A stretch of DNA of 24,651 nt from assembly GCA_050949565.1 (NCBI GenBank), contig JBMNFY010000018.1, positions 1-24,651 on the forward strand, written 5' to 3'. Shown here piece by piece: positions 17,127 through 24,651 of the stretch. The notes under the pieces were generated by a model. That model worked only from the letters and a program-made list of their open reading frames with translations. It had not been told where the DNA came from and searched no databases. Within the stretch, counting starts at the first letter, position 1; each line of letters opens with the position of its first letter. This stretch comes from Kiritimatiellia bacterium. Lineage in GTDB: Bacteria; Verrucomicrobiota; Kiritimatiellia; RFP12; UBA1067. The position numbers were made by a program, and so were the translations under genes.

Positions 17127-19277
17127 ATGGCCTCCGGCTGGCTCGGGGGATTGTTGGTCGTTGCACTGGCCGCTTCAGCGGTTGCGCAGGCGCCGTCCGC
17201 TGTGAAGGCGCGCCCGGCTTGGAATGTGGCGGAGGCTACGGCGCGGCTGATCGTTACAAAAGAACAGGATGATTTCTTTTTAACGCGCCTGCCGGCGCGG
17301 ACCGGTGACAAGCCGGTGGCTGCGGTACGCGCGTTTGTTTTGACCAACGAGGTGATGACGCGGGTAGTCTGGTCGGACGAGAGTCAGGTGACCGTGATGG
17401 TTGACGTGCGCGACGCCAAGCGCGGGCAGTTGGTCAAGATTTATGCGGTGCCGGGCGACAAGCGGGCCGAGCCGGGGCCCTCCACCCTTGTGGACCCGAC
17501 GCCGTTGCGCGGGCGCGCCCAGCGTACGGCGGGCATGGACCTGCCGCGCTCGTTGGCGGACGTGCAGATGTTGGAGACACGCGTCGATGGCCGTCCGATC
17601 TGGTTCACGGTGAGCGATTCGAGCAAACTGCCCACCACCTTCAAGGATTGGTATCGCGGTGATTGGACGCGCAAGAACCACTTGGTTGACCTGCAGACGT
17701 GGCTGGTGATTCCCGTTGCCGGCCGTTACCGCTTCGGTTTGGCCGGTGTGGCATCAGCCTGGCTGCTGATCGACGGCCGCCCGGTCTTGGAGCATCCGGC
17801 ACACCAGCCGTACGACAAATGGACCTCCGGCGAGGATGTGCTGCTTGAGCCCGGTCTGCGCCGCTTGCAGGTGCGTACGGTCTGCCGTCAGGAGATCGAC
17901 ACCGGGCTCGCCTGGAAACGCGCAGATGAGCCGGGCGCGGCAACCAACATGGTCATGCTGACCGGCGGCGACTTACGCGAAGGCCGCTGGGAAACGCTCG
18001 ACCGCATCGTACATCCCTTCGCGACCGCCGAGAGCGGCGCCGCGTATCGTTTTGCGGGCGTCGACGAGGTGTTCGTGCCTTTCACGCTCAAGGACGGTTC
18101 ATCCTGCTGGGGCACGAATCATGTTGCGCATTGGCGTGTGCGCACAGGTCAGGAGTTGGGAAGTGGCGGGACGTTGGCGACCGTCTTCAGAAAGAGCCAA
18201 TTACCGGCCGGCGTGACGGTGACCGCTGCGGCGGCCAGTGGCGAGACAGCGGGCTATGAGGCTGTCTTGGCCTATGACGGTCCGGTGTGGTCCGAAGCCG
18301 AGGTGTCGACACGCATCACCGGTATCCCCGCTGCCTGTTACGTGGATGACCGGGTGCATCCGATCATCCGTGTCCGCACGACGGCCGCCGATGGTTTGCC
18401 GTATGATTTGGTTTGCGACTTTGAGTTTACCGACGGTTCGCGCACGAACCGGACCGACCAACTGGTGACGGACAGGGGCTGGGCGCGCGTCCATCTCAAC
18501 GAGATGGAGGCCGGGACGCTGGCGCGCCTCTCTTGGTCGCTGCGCCATCACGATGTCGAGGTCAACCACGGCGCGGCGCGTTTCCTGCGCGAGCCGTTCA
18601 CCTGCCTGCCGGACACGGTTTCTGGCGAGACGCTCAAGTGCGGCGATGAATTTGTTGTGCTGGTCGCCTCCAAAGCATCGCGCGGCGATCCGGTGGAGCC
18701 GACGGACGTCCTTTCCGGCACGAATGGCGTGGTGCTGCTGGACGGTTTTATTTATGATGTCGCCGCAGATCGCGATGATGCACTGCCCTGGCGGGTGCTG
18801 GACCTGCGGGAGATTGAGGAGCACGAAGCCGCCTCGGGCACATCGTTGCTTTTGCCGCTTGCCTCGTTGAATGACATTGTTCCGGCGTCGGCGGCGGTGG
18901 TCGCCCCGTCGTTGCAGGCACTCAGCCGTGAGGGGGGGACCGACGGCTTTGAGCGCCGTCTGTCAGCTTTGACCGGTCTGCTTGCTGGTCCGGCTGGTGG
19001 CAGTCCGCGCGTGGTGCTGGTCGTGCCGCCGCCATTCGACGTGCTGCCGGGTTGCGGTTGCCAGCCGGGCGCGGAGCCCTGTCCGCATGCGGCAGAGGCG
19101 CGGCCGTACGCCGAGATGGTGGTGCGCGTCGCGGATGCTCACGGCGTCGAGACGGTTGATCTCTTCACCGCCTTCCAGACGTTTGACCACGGTGAGCCGC
19201 TGGTATCCAACGGTCGGCTCACGCCTGCGGGCGCGGCCTTGGCCGAAAGCCTGATCCAAAAGAAGCTCGGATACTAA
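17127..19277 (+). CDS. Large exported hypothetical protein (possible PA14-like and SGNH-like domains)
   Basis: Long ORF with signal peptide ...LAASAVAQA, WLVIPVAGRYRF..AWLLIDGRPV (PA14-like) and C-terminal VVLVVPPP...VDLF...LTPAG (SGNH-like). The start is uncertain (17028 or 17127). Confidence 0.7.
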   Translation: MASGWLGGLLVVALAASAVAQAPSAVKARPAWNVAEATARLIVTKEQDDFFLTRLPARTGDKPVAAVRAFVLTNEVMTRVVWSDESQVTVMVDVRDAKRGQLVKIYAVPGDKRAEPGPSTLVDPTPLRGRAQRTAGMDLPRSLADVQMLETRVDGRPIWFTVSDSSKLPTTFKDWYRGDWTRKNHLVDLQTWLVIPVAGRYRFGLAGVASAWLLIDGRPVLEHPAHQPYDKWTSGEDVLLEPGLRRLQVRTVCRQEIDTGLAWKRADEPGAATNMVMLTGGDLREGRWETLDRIVHPFATAESGAAYRFAGVDEVFVPFTLKDGSSCWGTNHVAHWRVRTGQELGSGGTLATVFRKSQLPAGVTVTAAAASGETAGYEAVLAYDGPVWSEAEVSTRITGIPAACYVDDRVHPIIRVRTTAADGLPYDLVCDFEFTDGSRTNRTDQLVTDRGWARVHLNEMEAGTLARLSWSLRHHDVEVNHGAARFLREPFTCLPDTVSGETLKCGDEFVVLVASKASRGDPVEPTDVLSGTNGVVLLDGFIYDVAADRDDALPWRVLDLREIEEHEAASGTSLLLPLASLNDIVPASAAVVAPSLQALSREGGTDGFERRLSALTGLLAGPAGGSPRVVLVVPPPFDVLPGCGCQPGAEPCPHAAEARPYAEMVVRVADAHGVETVDLFTAFQTFDHGEPLVSNGRLTPAGAALAESLIQKKLGY

Positions 19278-19351
19278 AAGCACTGCTCGGGTTTATTTAA
19301 CGCAGAGGCGCAGAGACGCAGAGATTTTTTGGGGGGCGCTGCTTGGGTTTG

Positions 19352-20732
19352 TTTAACGCAGAGGCGCAGAGTTTTTTTGGGGGTGGCTGCGGGTTTTCGC
19401 ATCCACAGATTACACAGATTACGCAGATTTTTTAGGGGGCAGGGATCGGGTTTATTTCACCACGAAGGCACGAAGGGCACGAAGGTTTTTTGGGGGGCAT
19501 GGCTGCGGGGTTTTTTATCCACAGATTACACAGATTACGCATATTTTTGGGAGCGGGGAGCGGGTTTATTTAACCACGGAATACACGGAACACACGGAAA
19601 GGCATGGCTCGGCTTTTCATGAAGTTTCATGTGTTTCATGGTTCGGGCTTATTTAACGCAGAGGCGCAGAGTTTTTTTGGGGGTGGCTGCGGGTTTTCGC
19701 ATCCACAGATTACACAGATTACGCAGATTTTTTAGGGGGCAGGGATCGGGTTTATTTCACCACGAAGGCACGAAGGGCACGAAGGTTTTTTGGGGGGCAT
19801 GGCTGCGGGGTTTTTTATCCACAGATTACACAGATTACGCATATTTTTGGGAGCGGGGAGCGGGTTTATTTAACCACGGAATACACGGAACACACGGAAA
19901 GGCATGGCTCGGCTTTTCATGAAGTTTCATGTGTTTCATGGTTCGGGCTTATTTAACGCAGAGGCGCAGAGTTTTTTTGGGGGTGGCTGCGGGTTTTCGC
20001 ATCCACAGATTACACAGATTACGCAGATTTTTTAGGGGGCAGGGATCGGGTTTATTTCACCACGAAGGCACGAAGGGCACGAAGGTTTTTTGGGGGGCAT
20101 GGCTGCGGGGTTTTTTATCCACAGATTACACAGATTACGCATATTTTTGGGAGCGGGGAGCGGGTTTATTTAACCACGGAATACACGGAACACACGGAAA
20201 GGCATGGCTCGGCTTTTCATGAAGTTTCATGTGTTTCATGGTTCGGGCTTATTTAACGCAGAGGCGCAGAGTTTTTTTGGGGGTGGCTGCGGGTTTTCGC
20301 ATCCACAGATTACACAGATTACGCAGATTTTTTAGGGGGCAGGGATCGGGTTTATTTCACCACGAAGGCACGAAGGGCACGAAGGTTTTTTGGGGGGCAT
20401 GGCTGCGGGGTTTTTTATCCACAGATTACACAGATTACGCATATTTTTGGGAGCGGGGAGCGGGTTTATTTAACCACGGAATACACGGAACACACGGAAA
20501 GGCATGGCTCGGCTTTTCATGAAGTTTCATGTGTTTCATGGTTCGGGCTTATTTAACGCAGAGGCGCAGAGTTTTTTTGGGGGTGGCTGCGGGTTTTCGC
20601 ATCCACAGATTACACAGATTACGCAGATTTTTTAGGGGGCAGGGATCGGGTTTATTTCACCACGAAGGCACGAAGGGCACGAAGGTTTTTTGGGGGGCAT
20701 GGCTGCGGGGTTTTTTATCCACAGATTACACA
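19352..20732. repeat. 300-bp tandem repeat, 4.6 identical units before the IS110 insertion
   Basis: Units start at 19352, 19652, 19952, 20252 and 20552, and each is made of six short-repeat modules. Confidence 0.95.
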
Positions 20733-20882
20733 AGTATGTGGGTAGTCAAGTCCCTTTGTCGCTTTCGTCGGTTTTGTCCATTTCTTTTTCTTTGACAGTG
20801 GATTGTGGACAGACGCGCCTCTGTCCGGCTTTACGATAGGTTTACACTTTCTTCTTGAAGTCTAAGAAGAAAGCGGGTAGCA

Positions 20883-21275
20883 ATGAAGGACAGAATGAGG
20901 TACAGTGAAGCGTTCAAACTCAAGGTAATGGAGGAGCTGAGGGATGCAAAATGGAAGTCAGTTCAGGAGGCCGCCAAGGCATATGGAATTTCGGAGATGT
21001 CGGTCTACAACTGGATGCACAAGCTCGGCTTCGAACATCTGAAAGGAAGGCTCGTTTACGTGAAGACACGGACGGAATTGGATCGGATCAAGGAGCTCGA
21101 GGCGGAGAACCTCCGCCTCAAGCAGAGCCTCGCGGACGAGGTGCTCGACAACAGGCTGAACCAGGCGTTTCTTCGGATCGCCTGCCGGCGGGCCGGGACG
21201 ACCGTCGAAGATCTAAAAAAAAAGAATGGTGGGATGCCGCCCACGACACCCACGAGCGGGATGGCCTGCCAGTGA
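20883..21275 (+). CDS. IS3 transposase OrfA (HTH + leucine zipper)
   Basis: RYSEAFKLKV, AAKAYGISEMSVYNW and RIKELEAENLRLK. Confidence 0.9.
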   Translation: MKDRMRYSEAFKLKVMEELRDAKWKSVQEAAKAYGISEMSVYNWMHKLGFEHLKGRLVYVKTRTELDRIKELEAENLRLKQSLADEVLDNRLNQAFLRIACRRAGTTVEDLKKKNGGMPPTTPTSGMACQ

Positions 21276-22102
21276 CGAGGCTTTGCGCCAGATGTGGAAA
21301 GAGCACGGTCGCCTACTACAAGGGCCGCAAGGCGCGCGAGAAGCGCGTCGGGCGGGAAGACGTCATTCTTCTGCTGGCCCGTCGCGAACGCATTGTCAAC
21401 CCGATGGCCGGCTGTAAGAAAGTGCTTTTCGCCATCCGGCCGGAAATGGCCGAGGCGGGGATCTCGATGGGCGTCAACAGCTTCTACAAGCTGATGAAGG
21501 AGAACGGCATGATGGTGCCGAAACGCAAGAAATACAGCTGCAAGACGACGCGGCAGGACAAGTCTCTGGCGCCTTCGCCGAATCTGGTCAAGGACATGGA
21601 GATCAATGCTCCCGATCAGGCGGTGTGCTCGGACATCACGTACATCTACACGGAAGAGGGGTTCCTGTTCCTTTCACTGATGATGGACATGTTCGTGCGC
21701 GACATCGTCGGCTGGGCGGTCTGCGACTCGCTGAAGGCCGAGGGCCCCCTGGCCGCGCTGGAGATGGCGAGCCGTGCGCTGAAGCCGGGAGCGAAACCCG
21801 TGGCGCACTCCGACCGCGGCTGCCAGTACGCTTCGCACGCCTACCGCGAGGCGCTCGAGAAGCTCGGCTGGCGGTCCAGCATGACGGAAGAACTCCACTG
21901 CTACGAGAATGCGATGGCGGAGCGCCTGAACGGCATTCTCAAGCATGAGTATTTCCTCAACACGCACTTCAAGACGAAGAAGGAAGCGATCAAGGCGATC
22001 AAAGAGGCGATCCGGATCTACAACACGCGCAGGCTGCACGAGAAGTGTGGCTTCAAGACGCCGGCGGCGTTCCGTGAGGAGACGATGAAAAAAGTTGCAT
22101 GA
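21215..22102 (+). CDS. IS3 transposase OrfB (DDE), expressed by -1 frameshift
   Basis: A9G slippery run at 21215-21224 followed by a GTGGG/CCCAC hairpin, in the -1 frame. Motifs SDITY, HSDRGCQY, ENAMAERLNGILKHE and YNTRRLH. Confidence 0.9.
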   Translation, partial: KKKEWWDAAHDTHERDGLPVTRLCARCGKSTVAYYKGRKAREKRVGREDVILLLARRERIVNPMAGCKKVLFAIRPEMAEAGISMGVNSFYKLMKENGMMVPKRKKYSCKTTRQDKSLAPSPNLVKDMEINAPDQAVCSDITYIYTEEGFLFLSLMMDMFVRDIVGWAVCDSLKAEGPLAALEMASRALKPGAKPVAHSDRGCQYASHAYREALEKLGWRSSMTEELHCYENAMAERLNGILKHEYFLNTHFKTKKEAIKAIKEAIRIYNTRRLHEKCGFKTPAAFREETMKKVA

Positions 22103-22258
22103 GGTCGGCGGCCGCCGCCCCCCCCGGGGGGGGCGCACCCCTTGAAGGGAAGCACATCAATGTTCAACCAACCATCAAGAACCAAGTGTTAACCTGGAGC
22201 CGTGACTTGACAGCAAACGCCAAAAGGCGCGCCTGTGCGGTTCGGGAGCCCGCCTTTT

Positions 22259-23455
22259 TCAGGATTGGGCTGCCGGCGCGGAACTTTCCGGGGGATAGAC
22301 CTGCGAGTGGAGCGCCTCGACGAACTCGGCGGGCTTTTTGTAGCCCAGCGCGGCGAGGTGTTCGCGCCCGACGGCGGTGGCGAGCTTGGCGAGCTTGCGG
22401 CGGAAGGACTTCTCGTCCTTCCGGTCGGGGACCGGGTGGCCCATCAGGATGTGCCAGGCGCGGACGACCATTTTCCGGGCCACGGCGCAGGTGACGACGT
22501 TGGCGGGCTTCCCGGAGGCGATCTTGCGGTACGCCCACTTCGCCATGTCGTCTTTGCCGTGGCGCAGGAAGCTCTTCGCCGCCTCGACCATGAGCGCCTT
22601 GAGGTCGGGCCGTCCATGGCTGCTGAGCTTGCGCCGCCCCCCGGCCTTCCCGCTTTCCGCGACGGACGGGTTGAGGCCGACGTAGCTGACCAGCTTCTTG
22701 GGGTTCGCGAAGCGGGACGCGTCCTCGACGAAGGTGAACAGGGCGAAGGCGACGATGAAGCGCACGCCGAGCATCTGCATCAGCCTCGTCATCCCGGGCG
22801 TTTCCGAGACGATGCGTGCGATGAGCTTCTCGTAGCGGCCGCGCAGATCCATGCTGTGCTCGTATTCGAGCAGGAGCGTCTCGAGGTGGAACTTCTCCTC
22901 CTGCGTCCAGCCGTAGCCGGCCACCTCCGCGCGCACGGCATCGGCCTTCCTGTGGAACGACTCCCTGGGCAGCTTCAGCCCGTGGCCGCTGCAGAAGGCC
23001 CAGATGCGGTTGGACCAGCGCGTCGAGTCCTTCACGGCGTTGCGGTGGCCGAAGAAGATGTCGCGCCAGTGCTGGTGGCGCGGGGAGGGGACGTGGACGC
23101 GGCGCGTCCCGCCCCGGGCGTGGGCGAACGCGAGGTTCTGCGCGTCGATGCGGTCGTTGACCCGGTCGGAGCGGGCCCGCCCCGCGAGCGTGTCGGAGGC
23201 GAGCACCTCCGCGCGCTGCCCGACGGCCCCGAGGCGGCGGACGATGGAGAAGGCGTTCGTGGACGCCTCCAGCACGGTCAGCGCCCCCGCCGGGACCTGC
23301 TTCCTGTAGGTGTTTTCGAGCGAGTCGAGGTCGGTCGTGATGTTCTTGATGACGACGGGGTCCGAGCCGAGCCGCCACCGGGTGACGCACAGGGAGATCT
23401 TTTCGCTGTGCGCGTCCATCCCGACCAGAATTGTCTCTTGTGCTGTGTCGGTCAT
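22259..23455 (-). CDS. IS110-family DEDD transposase/recombinase
   Basis: VGMDAH, VLEAS, NDRIDA and FANPKKLVSYVGLNPSVAESG. ATG 23455 has AGGA upstream. Confidence 0.93.
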   Translation of the reverse strand: MTDTAQETILVGMDAHSEKISLCVTRWRLGSDPVVIKNITTDLDSLENTYRKQVPAGALTVLEASTNAFSIVRRLGAVGQRAEVLASDTLAGRARSDRVNDRIDAQNLAFAHARGGTRRVHVPSPRHQHWRDIFFGHRNAVKDSTRWSNRIWAFCSGHGLKLPRESFHRKADAVRAEVAGYGWTQEEKFHLETLLLEYEHSMDLRGRYEKLIARIVSETPGMTRLMQMLGVRFIVAFALFTFVEDASRFANPKKLVSYVGLNPSVAESGKAGGRRKLSSHGRPDLKALMVEAAKSFLRHGKDDMAKWAYRKIASGKPANVVTCAVARKMVVRAWHILMGHPVPDRKDEKSFRRKLAKLATAVGREHLAALGYKKPAEFVEALHSQVYPPESSAPAAQS

Positions 23456-23513
23456 TTCCTTTATCCTGTATGGCGCTGTCGCACGTTGGGGCAGACGGGT
23501 CTGCATGAAGCAT

Positions 23514-23712
23514 ACAAGTATACGGGGTCTTTCGCCCCAAGCAGGTGGTTTCCGTCGGCGCTCAAACAGATTGGCGGGCAGTGAGCCCAATGTAATCTTC
23601 GAGCGTCTCCCATGCGGACAGCAAGTGGGTTACCAAGACCACCTGCTGCTTCGCATCATACCTCAACGTGCGGCAGTCTTTAAAGCCCCGTATACACGGT
23701 TCTTCTCAGAAC
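23514..23712 (-). ncRNA. Predicted IS110 bridge/seek RNA
   Basis: Nested 10-bp stems at 23518-27/23686-95 and 23540-49/23638-47. The inner loop carries ACAGATT (23566-72) and TGTAATCT (23591-98), matching opposite strands of the insertion target. The RNA ends are inferred. Confidence 0.7.
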
Positions 23713-23728
23713 GCCACCCACATTACCA

Positions 23729-23915
23729 ACAGATTACGCATATTTTTGGGAGCGGGGAGCGGGTTTATTTAACCACGGAATACACGGAACACACGGAAAG
23801 GCATGGCTCGGCTTTTCATGAAGTTTCATGTGTTTCATGGTTCGGGCTTATTTAACGCAGAGGCGCAGAGTTTTTTTGGGGGTGGCTGCGGGTTTTCGCA
23901 TCCACAGATTACACA
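23729..23915. repeat. Continuation of the 300-bp array between the two IS110 copies
   Basis: Resumes in register and matches the rest of the unit. Confidence 0.9.
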
Positions 23916-24651
23916 AGTATGTGGGTAGTCAAGTCCCTTTGTCGCTTTCGTCGGTTTTGTCCATTTCTTTTTCTTTGACAGTGGATTGTGGACAGACGCG
24001 CCTCTGTCCGGCTTTACGATAGGTTTACACTTTCTTCTTGAAGTCTAAGAAGAAAGCGGGTAGCAATGAAGGACAGAATGAGGTACAGTGAAGCGTTCAA
24101 ACTCAAGGTAATGGAGGAGCTGAGGGATGCAAAATGGAAGTCAGTTCAGGAGGCCGCCAAGGCATATGGAATTTCGGAGATGTCGGTCTACAACTGGATG
24201 CACAAGCTCGGCTTCGAACATCTGAAAGGAAGGCTCGTTTACGTGAAGACACGGACGGAATTGGATCGGATCAAGGAGCTCGAGGCGGAGAACCTCCGCC
24301 TCAAGCAGAGCCTCGCGGACGAGGTGCTCGACAACAGGCTGAACCAGGCGTTTCTTCGGATCGCCTGCCGGCGGGCCGGGACGACCGTCGAAGATCTAAA
24401 AAAAAAGAATGGTGGGATGCCGCCCACGACACCCACGAGCGGGATGGCCTGCCAGTGACGAGGCTTTGCGCCAGATGTGGAAAGAGCACGGTCGCCTACT
24501 ACAAGGGCCGCAAGGCGCGCGAGAAGCGCGTCGGGCGGGAAGACGTCATTCTTCTGCTGGCCCGTCGCGAACGCATTGTCAACCCGATGGCCGGCTGTAA
24601 GAAAGTGCTTTTCGCCATCCGGCCGGAAATGGCCGAGGCGGGGATCTCGAT
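23916..24651 (-). mobile_element. Second IS110::IS3 composite, truncated by the window edge (IS3 starts at 24005)
   Basis: Identical to 20733 onward at offset 3183. Confidence 0.88.
24066..24458 (+). CDS. IS3 OrfA, second copy (OrfB runs off the window)
   Basis: Identical to 20883-21275. Confidence 0.9.
   Translation: MKDRMRYSEAFKLKVMEELRDAKWKSVQEAAKAYGISEMSVYNWMHKLGFEHLKGRLVYVKTRTELDRIKELEAENLRLKQSLADEVLDNRLNQAFLRIACRRAGTTVEDLKKKNGGMPPTTPTSGMACQ

Larger units (their letters stand above)
20822..22212 (+). mobile_element. IS3-family insertion sequence
   Basis: Imperfect IRs TGTC..AGGTTTACACTTTCTTCTTGA / TCAAGAACCAAGTGTTAACCT..GACA enclose orfA/orfB. No target duplication seen. Confidence 0.85.
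20733..23728 (-). mobile_element. IS110-family element carrying a nested IS3
   Basis: The array is interrupted at 20732 and resumes at 23729 with ACA on both sides. Subterminal IRs ATGTGGGT/ACCCACAT flank a DEDD transposase gene. Confidence 0.9.

Noticed and set aside
19352-20732. CRISPR array
   Set aside because: The units are identical, there are no unique spacers, and no cas genes are in the window.
19329-20795. Five near-identical 88-97 aa ORFs
   Set aside because: They are by-products of the 300-bp repeat, with weak starts and no recognisable protein features.
23456-23590. N-terminal extension of the IS110 transposase from TTG 23590
   Set aside because: The family's first catalytic Asp normally lies close to the N-terminus, ATG 23455 has an RBS, and the extension overlaps the predicted RNA.

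Overview
GC-rich bacterial window; the pilin style suggests the PVC superphylum, but that is inference. Bases 1-16.9 kb hold a minus-strand type IV pilus/T2SS-like operon behind a sigma54-type promoter. Gene order is pilin, secretin, PilM-PilN fusion, four-helix-bundle gene, PilO-like, PilP/GspC-like, PilB/GspE ATPase, then G,G,G,H,I,J,K-type pseudopilins. A REP-associated tyrosine transposase (RAYT) cassette sits inside the leader of the last, K/PilX-like gene. Six of the seven pseudopilin leader peptides are largely encoded by REP hairpins or 7-9-bp tandem repeats. A divergent exported-protein gene follows, then a 300-bp tandem array built from some of the same short-repeat families. An IS110-family element carrying an IS3 passenger has inserted twice in that array at the identical motif AGATTAC-ACA-GATT. 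Its upstream non-coding end folds into a nested RNA whose internal loop matches both strands of that target, as expected for a bridge/seek RNA, and a TTGACT-N17-TAATGT promoter forms only on circularisation.
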